Positions 18,782 to 31,700 of a stretch of 64,000 bases of DNA are shown one piece after another; position 1 is the stretch's first letter, and each line of letters begins with the position of its first letter. Origin of the DNA: Kudoa neothunni (lineage: Eukaryota > Animalia > Cnidaria); NCBI GenBank assembly GCA_964304625.1, contig OZ199839.1, forward strand, positions 28,377 to 92,376. The letters run 5' to 3'. Both the position numbers and the translations under genes were made by a program. A model generated the notes under the pieces. It was not told the origin of the DNA. It did no database searches and worked only from the letters and a program-made list of their open reading frames with translations.

Positions 18782-20968
18782 CCCTTTCGTACCCAACGGC
18801 TCTATCCTAGTGACCAAATATATATTCTCTATATGGAAGCTTATTTATGGCAAATATGTGCATAAAATTAGTTTTTCTTGAAAGCATTAAATCTTTTTTT
18901 TTAATACTAATTTTGAAAATTCTATAGCAGGAAACTTTCAGCCATTTTGATTCCAAAAAGTCATTATATTGTTTCATTGATTTACTAATATTTTTTCGAT
19001 AAAATATAATAAAAAATTTTAGTTGTAGATGACAACCTGAACTATACTCTATTAAAGTTTAGAATTAGTTTATGTAACTTTAAAAAAATAATGTTGAAAA
19101 TAATACATGGTCACTAGGAGAGCCTTTGGGCATATGTGACAAAATTTGTTAGCGCCAACTTTGAACAAAGATGGATCGCGACGTTAATTGTAATAAACTA
19201 AATAATGGTGAATCAATATCAGAAGTAGTTATTCTTCCAGATACTGATCTGTCAGAACCTGGCACGGTTTCTGATGATGATTTCTGTGTTTCTACGTCCG
19301 ATGACACTGGCTCTGAAAATGAAAACGATGATGTAGAATACAAATGGACTAAAAATGGTCCTTGCTTGATATTCTAGATGATGTTATTAGTTTAAATTCT
19401 TCTTTGACGAATCACTAATCCAGATGATAACAAATGAAACAAACATTTACGCAACTCAATGTGGAATAAATTTTTTTACAGATGATGAAGAAATCCAAAA
19501 GCATCTAGGGGTCCTCATTTTGATGGGTATTGTTAGAATGCCTCGTTATCGCTGCTATTAGAGCACATCATTAGATTTTCCACGTGTATCAAACGTTTTC
19601 TCTAGAAATCGGTTTGATAAAATTTCACAATTTATTCATTTTTCAAATAATGAAGATATCATTAAAGATCAAAACTCGGAAAATTATAATCGTTTTTCTA
19701 AAATGCGACCTTTTTTATAGCATCTACGATACGCGTTTTTAAATATAAAACCAGAAATCTATAATTCAATCGATGAGCAAATGATTCCCTTCAAAGGAAT
19801 ATGCAAAGCCAAACGGTACCTTCCTATTAAACCAACCAAATGGGGGTTTAAAGTGTTTGCTCAGTGTGGCATCAGTGACTTAGTCTATGATTTTATCTTG
19901 AATGAGGGAAAACCACCAGCAGTTTCACAAACTTGTGATCAAACTTCGGGTGATTTTGTAGTAAAATTGTGCGAAACGTTGCCGACTTCAAGAATCTTAT
20001 TTTTGTATTTTGATAATTATTTCACATTTATCCCACTGTAGCGACTGTTAACGAAGCGAAACATCTACTCTGTTGGAACCATAAGAAGAAACAGAATTAA
20101 ACATTGTCCACTAACCCCGGTAAAACAATTCAGCAAGAAAGGTCGCGGTTCTTACGAAAGCTTTCAGGATACCAATAATGGAATAATGTTAACTCAATGA
20201 TGTGGCGGTTGTGTTGTTACGCTTACTTCATCCCAACCCCTTGGTGTAATTAAAAGATTCGACAGAAGGGCTAAAAAGACTAAAAATATTGATTATCCCA
20301 GTGTAGTTTCAGAATATAATAAAAACATTGGTAGAGTTGACTTGTCGGACAAGTTGATGACACTACACAAGTTAAACCACAAATGCCGAAAGTTTTATAT
20401 GCGAATATTCTTTTGGGGGCTCAATACCATCATAACATATGCTTGGTTATTATATAGACGAAATACAAAGGTCAACGATGATAACAACAACGTAATGGAC
20501 TTTTTGTCATTTACTCAGTCTATAAGTGAAAGTTTAATTCACTCCAAAAAATCCAATATGGTAAAAAAGCGTGGATGTCCTTCATTGGATGATTCTAAAG
20601 TTGTAGCTGTTGATCATTCGCATAAAAAATAATCGAAACACCTTTCAGAGTCGATAAGATTTGATCATGTCGGCCACTATCCTGAAATAATGGATACCAA
20701 AGGAAGATGCGGATAGTGTAAAAAAGAACACAATTCAGCTGCATTAAATGTGGATTACGTGTTGTATTTTTAAAGCTCGAATCGGATTCGATGGAAATTT
20801 TTTTCGCGCAAATGCCCAATGTTCATTCCGATAACCACGATGAAAAATTTTAAAAAATAATATTTAAATATTTAATTTGGATTCAAAATTTTAGTATATG
20901 AAATAAAAAAGAAATCTTAATTAAATACAATTTTTATAACTCTACTTAAAAATTTGAGCACGAAAGGG
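18782..20968 (+). mobile_element. Full-length inactive piggyBac transposon (~2.19 kb)
   Basis: TTAA at both flanks (18778-81 and 20969-72). TIRs ccctttcgtacccaa and (rc) ccctttcgtgctcaa match 13/15. Encloses a PGBD-type transposase pseudogene. Confidence 0.95.
19171..20780 (+). pseudogene. piggyBac (PGBD-type DDD) transposase pseudogene
   Basis: Acidic N-terminus; SIDEQMIPFKG, KPTKWGFKVF, YFDNYFT, GRVDLSD (catalytic triad positions); C-terminal Cys-rich RCG*C...CIKC. Several in-frame stops and frameshifts. Confidence 0.93.
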
Positions 20969-22375
20969 TTAAAATAAAATTCTTTTGATATAAAAATGTG
21001 GACATAGGTTTGAATCCCCAATGATGTCTTACAGTATCAATGACTATTTTATATCCAAATTTCTTTATGTTAGTTCAACCCACTCAACATTAATTCAAGA
21101 AATAAACAATACTTAAATACATGCATTTCGTAAAAATTGAAATTATTTCTATCAATTCAATATAAAATATAGCTAAAATACTAGGATTCTTGTTGAAACA
21201 ATTTAAGAAATTGATAATTATATTTGTTATGATATTATAAACGATATGAAAATAATAATTGAACTAAAAAAACTAGTTGAACACAATTTCTTAAATTAGC
21301 ATAATGCTTTTACTCAAAGAGAAAGAAATAAAATAAGTTATTTTATTGGACATAAGAGATGCCTTATTTTACATCTAAATACATTTAGTTTGTTCCATTT
21401 ATTATATAAAAAACATTTTAAGTTATCTGATGAGGTGACTAAATTGATATATACAATGAATAAAGGAATCCTCGATAATTTGTAAACATAAGATAGATTA
21501 CACGCGGCATCGATTTATCTCTAATCAAAATTTGGTCAAAATTAATTTCACGAGCTGAATGTTTGCTCTCGATATTCTTTTTCAATGATAAATATAATCG
21601 TAAAAACCCGCGTGGATATGGAAGATTTTCTAGAGTCACAGGCTTTATAATTCCTGGAAATCTCTCAAGTTCTCTATCAACCTCTCATGGGGCCAAAATC
21701 TACAGAAAGGGAAAATTGTCAAAGAAAAATCACCCTATCTAGGGACCCAGACTAACAGTTTCCGAATAGCCAAAAGACGTCGACGTGAATATTGTACTGG
21801 AAGAACTGACAAAAAAAACTCAAACCGCATGCCCATATTGCATTAAACACTTTTGCTCAGTTCATTCATCGAAGAAATGTAAGAATTGTTCAAATAATTA
21901 GATAATTCGGATAAAATTTTTAAAAATTTATATAATCTTTTTGTTGCGTGAGGAATATATAGTCTTCAACTTATCAACTAAAACAATGAACGCGAAGTAT
22001 CATTCTTCGTACGATCATTTGCGAACAGGATCCGAGATTATTAGTAAGGTATTAACACAGATTAAATGATATATTAATCACCATTTTACCAAAGAATGAA
22101 TGAATAGAATTCATAAAACATCACTTCATTACTTTTTAAAAAATTTTTGTAGTATAATCATAAAATACAAACGTAGGGTCAATTTGACCCCAAATTCTTC
22201 GGAGGGTTAAAAATCTAAGTATACTAAAAGTAGCTGACCTATTTGGACGTGTTCACGATTAGGATCAAAAACTAAAACCTACAATCCAATTGGCCTTTGT
22301 ATAGCGTGGCATGGCGAAGTACAGTTTGGCAGTGTAGCCTTCATCATTTTTCGCTCATTTTCGATGCACCGAGAG

Positions 22376-23257
22376 AAATGGATTTTTCATTCTCAAACAT
22401 TGTTTCAATGCTTCCAGAAAATTTCTATATTCTCAAAAGAGATAATGAAAAATTTACTTCTTATATTCATAACTTAGGATTGTACTCAAATGAGAGAACT
22501 TGCGAAAAATGCAATTTAGTGATGGGCCTGAAAAAAAATACTGCAATTGATAGTTATGGGTTGCGATGTAATATACTCCGGGTGAGAATAAGCCTATGTA
22601 GAGGAACATTTTTCGAAGGTTCCGAATTGCTCATATGACAAACATTTTTGCTAATGTATTTGGGTGTTTTTGACATTCAAATGTAATATAGTATGCTAAC
22701 GGGGAAGTTACAAATTGGTTCCAGAGAACAATAATTAACTATAAAAACTACATTCGAGAAATCTATGTATAATATTTCAATTTGTACAGGATTCGAATTG
22801 TAGGAGTGGATTTCATTGTGCAGATCAATAAATCAACACCTGTTAAAGAAAATACCGTCAGAGAAGGGTTCTCGTTAACCGAAACATTTGGATTGTTGGC
22901 GGGGTTGATGAGAATAATAATAATATTTCCCATGTGTTGACCGAAGTGAGAGATCATTCAACTCTTGAAAATATTATTATCACTTATGTGGCCGGCCCGC
23001 GGTTCCATAATATGGCAGATATATGGCGTGGTTATAATTCGTTTGAATCTCATGGCTATAAACACGAATCTGTAAACCATAGCGTTCAATTTAAAACTAG
23101 CGATGGTGTCAATATTAATAAAATCGAAGCCATTTGTGGCGCAATTAAACACAAATTTCGGCATATATCCAATAAGAAATCTGAATTAATAGATTCTTAT
23201 TTGGCAGCCTACCAATTTAATAAAAATTTAAAACCAATCATTCTTCTTCCTGTATAG
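22376..23257 (+). pseudogene. Merlin/ISXO2-like DDE transposase pseudogene
   Basis: Zn-ribbon CEKC...RC..GTFFEGS, then IVQINKS, DIWRGYNSFESHGYKHESVNHS, GVNINKIEA and DSYLAAY, the characteristic DDE_Tnp_IS1595 pattern. Stops and frameshifts present. Confidence 0.9.
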
Positions 23258-23367
23258 AAACTATCAACCAAATTTACCAACATTAGAATTTATTGTTGTC
23301 ATTTTCTAATTTTGTTTTTCTTTTTGTCGACGCACTAATGAAAAATGTTTAAGGTTACCCATTAGAC

Positions 23368-24104
23368 CAGTGGATTTCAACGTTTTTGGAACCGCGGAAT
23401 CCCAAAGTGATTAAAAATTGTTCGCGAATCCCAACATACAAAATTAAACCTTAATAAATAAAGTACAAGTTTTAGAATTCGCACGCACACGCACCAACAA
23501 AATAACGGAGATATTTCCAATGTTTATTTTGTATTCAAAATAAATAAAAACTAATATGATATTTGTGGTTGGTGACTTCGTATTACAGCTACAATATTTG
23601 AATTTTTTTTCTCCACAGTAAAGCGTTGAATCAAAAGCGATGACTTTTTGGATATTGTTCAAAAGTGAAAGCAAGCATGGGCCATTCACTTTCGGTTGTT
23701 TCAATTGCGACAGAACAACACGATCTCTGATATCGCAAAATGTTTGCTATGCAGGAAAGTTTTAAAGAAAAAAAGACGAAACAATAGAAAAATTTGATGA
23801 AATTCGGACTCTTGCATTCAAAAACGAACTCAGATTATTGGAGCACCGCTACCAGTATTCGTTGGGTTTTAACAAATTAAAAGGTTTTAAATCTTTATTA
23901 TTAAAATTATTATTCTAAATTTAGGTAATTGTTATGAGAATAATAATTAATTAAAATTGACAAAATCGTTCATAGTCGACATCGCCAAACACATTGGCAA
24001 CATTTATTTAAATTTAGGTTCCAATAAAAAATTTTCAGATGTATTCCTGCCGCGGACTCCTAGGCGAGCTTCACGGAGCCCCTGGAATCCGTTGAAAACC
24101 ACTG
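23368..24104. mobile_element. hAT (Charlie/Buster-type) MITE, 737 bp
   Basis: TIRs cagtggatttcaacg and (rc) cagtggttttcaacg; 8-bp TSD cattagac (23360-67) / cactagac (24105-12). Confidence 0.9.
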
Positions 24105-24796
24105 CACTAGACCGTACTTTATCAGCGCGGCATTATGTCAGAACATGCGCTGAGTTAATTTAATAAAAATTTGAAACTTTAAGATTGTTTTTATCTGGAG
24201 TCAAAAACGACCCTATCGGCTCGCGTGTTATGGCCACGCGCTAAATGCAGGGAGGGTTAAATCCATCTTTATCATTTATGATATACTGAGAAAACTATAC
24301 TGTTATAGTTCACTTTTATGCAGGAATTTAATTACCAAATTATTCCAATTTTCGGATAATGGAATATTTATCAACGAGTAATTTCATTGCCGTCCTAACA
24401 AAATTTAGTAGCTTTTCCGGATAAGGTGATATTCGAGTAATCACGATTTCGCTGCATAAAACAAATAATGAATGATATTATGTATTTTTTAGGTGAAAAT
24501 AACAAATTTTCATGCCGAATATAAATATATGTATATGGATAAATGAGGGTAGTATGTTTGTTCTTGAATGATTAATAATTTTACATGTGGACGTTTATGA
24601 AACCATCCGATTTCTATAAGACATTCCATGACACACAACATTTGATCTAATGATGTTATAATCTGCTTGTGCCGATATATCTGTATCACCGTTGTCGTCC
24701 GATCGCATTTTGGACAAAATTTGTTTATGTGAATTTTATTGTCGGATTGAAAATAAAAACTCTCTTATATTAATAAAATAATCGCATTTTGCTTTC

Positions 24797-24802
<6 letters not shown>

Positions 24803-24827
<25 letters not shown>

Positions 24828-24828
24828 T
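24803..24828. repeat. (TA)n microsatellite
   Basis: Read directly. Confidence 0.9.
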
Positions 24829-24911
24829 GTGGATAACAATAGATTAACCCTTATCATGGCATTACCATGATAAATACATAAAAAAAAAAATTCAATTTCC
24901 CAATAAACAAT

Positions 24912-25149
24912 GGCAGAAGCTATCGGCACGGTAAAATTTAATCCTAAACGGCATGTCCGCTTGCGCAATGAGAATTTTTAATCTCAGCAACCCCAACTTG
25001 CAAGCTGGTGACGAGTTTAATTTTTTTGAATCTGTTATATTTAATTATTTCTGACCCATTGCTTCGATCTTAAGGGCCAGAAATAATTAAATATAGTCAA
25101 AACTAGTGCCATCAAAATATTATTGTTTACCGTGCCAATAGCCACTTCC
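24912..25149. mobile_element. 238-bp MITE with a 9-bp TSD (GG(C/A)AG..GCTAT TIR family)
   Basis: TIRs ggcagaagctatcggcacggtaaa and (rc) ggaagtggctattggcacggtaaa; perfect TSD ataaacaat at 24903-11 and 25150-58; internal inverted repeat atatttaattatttctg / cagaaataattaaatat. Confidence 0.9.
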
Positions 25150-25393
25150 ATAAACAATCAAAAATAATATTTATTTTTTCATGATAATTAAATCTTGATC
25201 ACTCCAAAAAACCGAAAACTGATAATTATTAAGTTTATTATGATCTAATAGAGAAGAGCCATCGCTGTATTTCGATGGCAGTATTAGCTTTGAATGTATA
25301 CAATACACTCTCAATGTTATACACATTTTAATGCTATTATTACGTTAATTTATCGCGTTCAGAGCACAAACTGCACTTTTGAAATAGCGTGAA

Positions 25394-26438
25394 ATGAATC
25401 TTAGTGACAGAAATTGCCAAAAAATGCCCTTATCAGTGGTCATATCGGGCGAAACAATCTCTGCTGTTTTAGGATTTATTGGTCTAACAAATATTGGTCT
25501 GATTGCGATAATAATGTTGAACAAAAAGCTACGTGGAAATATCTATGTGTACACTCTGAACATGAGCTTTACATCATTGGTGTTTTTGATGGTCACATTG
25601 CTGGATGCAATCTATATCTACTACGAATATTATCCGTTTGGACAAGCTGTGCTCAATTTCCATACATGGATATGGGAAGCTATACTCAACTCAAATGTGT
25701 TGTCATTATTGGCATTAACTCACGAAAAATATAACTCTATATTTAATCCAATTAATTTCATTAACAGTACCAAAAGAACATGGATCAAAATTGGAATCAT
25801 TTGGCTCTTAAGTGCCATATTAGCAATACCATTCCTTTTTGCATACGCAATTCGTTCAAGCCATTGCACTCAACGGGTAATTTCTAACTGCTTTTCAGAA
25901 GATTGTTAGGGTTGGTGTACTCATATTCACATTTTAAGTATCCATTCTATGATCAAAATGGAGTCTCTTATTCAAGGACTATCTACTCGTTGCAATCATG
26001 TTTCCTCTATTTCACACCTATGTTTGTTATGATCTGGGCTTACACTCGAATTATATTGTGGAAACAGAAGAGTGATGCCGAAATGCACAATATGGTAATA
26101 TGAGTTCATTTTTTTTAATTACCAGCTTGATGAATCAATTTTCTAACTTTTCTATTCAAAAGGAAAAAGATGGTAACAATCGAAAAAATTACAAAGAGTT
26201 AACGAGTGTCATCAAACTTGCTATCACTATGGTGTTGTACTTTTTTATATTTTGGACTCCATTCATTCTCACCAGATGGATATATTTTTTCAACTCACAA
26301 TTTTCATCGATTCTCAGACGTTTCTCGCAAATGTTTCTATTGTTATATCCTTCGTTCAGTGCTATTGTCTACGTGAGCACTAACAAAAAGCTTAGAGCAT
26401 GTGTGAAGCAGTACATGCCTTGCAATAAATCCACCTAA
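25394..26438 (+). CDS. Rhodopsin-like (class A) 7TM GPCR, paralog 2, 3 exons, ~304 aa
   Basis: Exons 25394-25876, 25939-26094 and 26163-26438. Same intron positions and same exon 1 and 2 lengths as paralog 1; high protein similarity; intact frame. Confidence 0.9.
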
Positions 26439-27563
26439 CATAGACCAAAATAGTATATGGTTATACATTTAACATGTTGCTCTCTATAGATTTTGTTTAT
26501 TGTCATATTTTTATATTCCCTTAGTGTGATTCTACTCATTATAAATTAATTTATTGTGATTTCTCGTCTTTATAATTCCTAATATCATTTTATCTACCAC
26601 AAAATATTTTGCACTATCACATCCATAGATTAAAATAAGATACCAGCAAATCATAACCGGTTCCATCTGCATGATACATTATGATTCCGTGGTGCTATTT
26701 TATTTTTTAATTGATAAAAATATTACTCCAGATCACAGTATTTTTCTAAATTCCGAAATATAATTTATTGTTTTATGAATTCTCATTCAATTTTATTTCT
26801 TTGGTAGGATTTGAAAATATAATTTTGGCCTAGAAATAAGGTAAAATCCATTTTGAATAATTGCCTTCCAAACCTTTTCCACGATAAGAACTTTCAACAT
26901 AGCAGAATTTGAGTATGAAGATTTTAATGCATAAATTTATATTTTTATCAATTCTATTTATTTTTTGAGGTTCTCTAAATTTTTGAATGTATTCTTTATT
27001 CATAATAACCTACTGTATTTTTGTATTTAAATTGAAGATCGTCGTTCTTAAACAATGTTAGCAATAGAGGCATAATTATTGTTGATTATTCTATAGAGTT
27101 TTTAATGAAAATATCAATTCGGTTACAACAAAACTGGAATACATTAAAACAATAAAATGGATGGTGAGGAGGGATTTATATACAACTTAAAACACTGTTC
27201 CTACCAAAACATAATAATAAATAAAATTTTGCAAAACTATAAATTATTGATCTAATTAATGCGTTATACACTATTTTTCAATATTATCGATTGTTTGTTT
27301 ATTTGAATATAATGAATTCTTAGTGAAAGAGTGTGCAATTGGTTAGATATAACTCCAAAAAATTCAAAATTATATTCTTGCCTTTATTGTTACCGTAATA
27401 ATGACGATATTAAGGCAACTAATCACTAGAACTAGTAGGATATCGTATTTATTTCATTTAAATAATGAAATCAAACTGTAAAAGTTAGGTGATACACTAT
27501 TTTTTGCGTTAGATCCATTATAAAATTTTTATTTGGCGTAATGAAAAATTCTAAATTCTAAAC

Positions 27564-30402
27564 CAGTGTTTCCCAGTGTGAGGCGTAGAAAAATTTTGGT
27601 GGAACACGGGAATTCTTGAAGGTTTAATGAACGGTTATGGCAATCTCGACAAATCCTGAGGTCATGAAAAATGTTATGGCTAGTTTGGACGGCGCAGGAA
27701 AAACGTGGACCCATGCCGCGTAGGATACCCTTGAGATGGAGATTATTTAATTTGTGGACTCAAAATATATTGATATAATATAAATATTATATTGATCTAA
27801 GTTACATTATTGATGTTTTATGAGTGACGTAGAATATGTCAAGAAGGGAAGGGGTGAAAAAACCTACCTCACCTTGCGACCCGAAACGGTCAAAACATTT
27901 TCTCATCAGACAATACTCATTCTTTCGTTTGTTTGTTTGTTTGTTTGTTTTTGGTACACACGATAATTTCTTTAAATGCCATTCAGAAACAGATGCGCGT
28001 TAATTTCTCTATTCATTAAATTTTCGCCACGTAACTATTCACGTATTTCTTGGAATTATTTAATTTCATGGTACAAAGCGATGTGGTTTCATATGTTTTT
28101 CAATTTTTAATTATTTAATACTTTAATGAAACTATTCAAAAAAGATTTACATGAGGCGAACATTTTGAGAGAGTATACTGAACAATAAAATTAGCTATTT
28201 ACAACACTTCAGTTTTCTCGCCAAACTAAAAAGCCCAATCTAGACTTTAAGCATTATCCATCAGAAAATCTTCTATAGAAAGAATTTTTTTAGTTCATAA
28301 CAGCGGTTTATATTAAATTAAAGGTTGCTATTATTATTCAAAGTAATGTGCTCGTAGCTACTCATGAGAATGTAACCCCCACGTCCAAACGATATTTTTT
28401 ACAATCCTTATATGTCGGTCATATTGTTTATTATCAACGAAATAAATATTTAAATATTTTATGTAACATAAAAAGTTTATATAGAACTAGACTTAAGTTA
28501 TAAAAGATTCAACTAAGAAAAATAATGTGGTTATGCTTAAAAATATAAGTAAGTATTGGAATATGTATCAATTTTAATTTAAAAAGAAAATTGGAATAAA
28601 TTATTGTAAAACAATTTGAATTTCACATATTTTAGACTCATTAATTACTTTACATATCGGGTTCAAAAAAGAAAATCAAATCGTCGAGACAACTGATGGG
28701 GAAATAGGGAACTAATATTTTCTTTTTAGCTACAAAATTAATTAAAAACAAATTAAACAATTTGTTTCAAAATAAAATTCCAGTATTGATTATATACCAT
28801 ACGTAGAACAAACAAATATTTACTCCAAGAATAAATATACAATCGTGCCTCGGTGTTGTACAGTAAATTGGGGCCGCTCAACTTACTACGAAATATCGAA
28901 TTTCGTGCAAATGCATTATGCGAAAAATCGATTAAACCATTTATTGGCTTCTTTTTGAACATAAATTCATTTATATAATGAAAGTAAGTTTTTTCTACTT
29001 TTAATTTTATCTTTAGAGAAACCGTCCGCCATTTTAATCTGAGGTTCTCTTTCTTATAAAATGGCTGATTTTCGATCCATAACCGGGTGTGGATATAAAT
29101 CACATAGACCTTCTGGATCTTGGCTTGTAAAGGTCCGTCTAAAAGTTCTTAAAGCATTCTTAACTTTAAATTTTGACAGTTTGATGATTAATTGCACCTT
29201 TTGACACTCATCATCAGAGATACTGACACATGGTCCACTATTACATTAGACCACTAATCAAGTCTCTCCTTCATTCACATTTTCGTTTGTTAGAAGTGTC
29301 GTAGTTAGAAAGTTTTTGTTCAATCTAAAAGATTCTACCGATGGTTGAATGTTCTTGATATTTAAAATGTATTTTTTACCAAGACATAATTACTCTATTA
29401 CTAAGATCAAATTTGTAAGCTGTTCGTTGTTGAGCTCCTCATTGATTTAATTGAATTATTCCAACTGATAATTTTAAATTTCTCGTCAACATCCTTCTGC
29501 ATCCTTGGCATGGTCAAATCTACTACGCAACGTCGAATCAAAACGGGGGTTCCGGACCCTGGAATTGCTACGCAATACAGAATTACTTCGCAATATTGAG
29601 CAATTTCGTATTAATTTTTTTACTCATAAATATTTTTACATATTTTTTCCGAGATAATAATGTAATTGTTACTTATAAATATCCAAATTTATAATCAATT
29701 ATAAAATTAATGAGGTATTGGGCTACTACGCAATATCGACACACGACTATATTGTGAATGAAGCATGTGCATTTACATGAATTAGAATGAACAACCGCTT
29801 ATTATGAAATCTCGTATCTAAAGGACATTGAAAATGAAAATTCTAAATTAACGAATTTAAAAGAATTATGCTAAATATGTTACTTAATTTTTTATATGGA
29901 TAGAGAAAAATTATAAATAAAAACATATTTTATGTTCGATGCATTGAATATAGTGGAAAAAAGTTAACAAATACAAATAATTTTTAAAGTTTCATTGAAC
30001 CTAAAAACTAATTTCGAAAAACTGATTTATAATAAATATTACAAACAGAAAAATTATATTTATTTAAAATAATTAGAATGGAAGAATATCACGAAAATCC
30101 CCAAAAACCTAACATGATAAATCGATAAAGGAGCATTTGGATGGTTTAATAATATTGATTTCAACTGAAATATTATTACTTCAAAAGTTCAATGAAATTG
30201 GGACTAAATAATATTTTAGATTAGCAAGGTAAAAATAATTATGATAAAGTATACAATTTAAATTATCCTATATAATATTGGATATAAATATAATTTAAAA
30301 AATAACTTTCAATTCTGGTTAACACTCACAATATTTACGTGGGTCAGGGGATATTTTTTTTAAGATATATGGGTCACGGCTAAAAAAGGTTGGGAAACAT
30401 TG
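27564..30402. mobile_element. hAT-type ends enclosing a decayed TE mosaic, including a TTF zinc-finger-like hAT remnant at ~27960-28440 (-)
   Basis: Left cagtgtttccca and right tgggaaacattg are near-complementary, but the TSD does not match. The minus-strand fragment FYRRFSDG...LDW resembles hAT N-terminal regions. Confidence 0.4.
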
Positions 30403-31149
30403 ATGTAACGTGAATAATAGTGAGACAATTTCAAAATGTGGCACGCCTTTAAATCAATACCTCGATTTTTGATTTCATTTATTTTTAATTTACTAGTAAT
30501 GTCGGAAAACAATCATCAAAAATACAATAATAACGTTTACCATGGTCTTTACCCGAATAGAATCGAAATGGTTTTAATCCTAAAGCTGCCCCGTTTTTGA
30601 TTTTACCTAATAATATATTGAGAAATGTTCTATTTAACTTATTGATTTCTGGTTAATAAGCCCAGTATTCACGAAATCGTTAACTAATAATGCAGGTTGG
30701 ATTTTCACGAGTTCCATTTAACTCTGTTTTTAAGGAAGTGAAGGAATAAAGTCGTTAATTTCTATTCTTTTAAAGTCGCCTAACAACATTCTCGGAGATT
30801 TTTTGGAGTTAATTTGAGCTAAGATTAATATTGGATGCCCTAGTTACAACTGTTACCAATTCAATTTTCTGGTATTATCTGTTTCTATCAGTTGGATTTT
30901 TAGTTAAGCAATATGAGATATAACAGCCAATCCTATTAAATCATCATTCACTTATCTATTCATTGCCTAATAGTAAATGAATGTAAAGTGTAAACATTGT
31001 TTAACAACTAGTTTTTTATTTTAATTTTTTTAAAACAATAATTTGATATATAACTGAACCAAACAATTATTATTCAGTGTCACAAAGGACATAATACTTT
31101 TTCGTTTTTTTTCATGAATTTTAATTGACTGTAAACTCGTGTTCAAATC

Positions 31150-31700
31150 TAATTGAGCAACTATCGATGAGTGAGTATTGCGAACTCAGTGATGAAAAGG
31201 AATCACCAGGAGGCGAGTTGACGACTGCTTTTTGAAATCATTAGAAGATTAATGCGACTCAACGGAGACGAGAATATTTGGAAATTCGAATATCAGCTAA
31301 TCTGGAATTGCATGGGGTCTTTAACAAAACGCATTTTGAGCGAAAACATTTTAAATCTACTTCCTGGTCCTGCCGCCTTATTGTTATCAACGGAACCACA
31401 ATATTTTAGACTGTATAGCCATATTTTCTTCTGATATTATCTGTTGAAAAAATCTATCACATTAAAAGTTTGGGGGAAAATCATTTAAGGGGCGATTGAA
31501 TAAATATGGATTCTACTGATTTGAATGGTTGTTTGAGTATCCTTATTCTAATGGATATATACAGGGATCGTGAAGAACCCTTATTTGAACCATTCAGTTA
31601 GTCAAAAAATTGCGAGATTTATGGACAAAATGTAAGAGTTGTTCATATAGTTGGATAATTCAGATATGGTTTTTAAAAAATCAATATAATTGTCTTTCGT
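31150..31700 (+). pseudogene. Degraded piggyBac transposase N-terminal remnant
   Basis: Acidic start followed by RILSENILNLLPGPA, similar to the PGBD4-type '..NI....PGP' segment; highly disrupted. Confidence 0.35.

Larger units (their letters stand above)
22292..24144 (+). mobile_element. Merlin (IS1595/ISXO2-like DDE) transposon, decayed, with its right TIR interrupted by a hAT MITE
   Basis: Encloses the Merlin pseudogene. The left end aagtacagtttggcagtgtagccttcatcattttt aligns with the rc of the right end aagtacggtcta|atgggtaaccttaaacattttt once the hAT MITE is removed. Ends approximate. Confidence 0.6.
18557..24454. mobile_element. Possible outer pogo/Tigger-type element hosting the nested TE stack
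   Basis: Left end TA|CAGTCGAATCCCGTTTATCC. A partly complementary end ...ttccggataagg...attcgagtaatcacgatttcgctg lies at 24415-24454. The match is poor. Confidence 0.3.

Noticed and set aside
22376-23257. Bacterial IS1595/ISXO2 insertion, contamination or HGT
   Set aside because: Merlin is the established eukaryotic relative of this family. The copy is decayed, AT-rich like the host, and nested among eukaryotic TEs.
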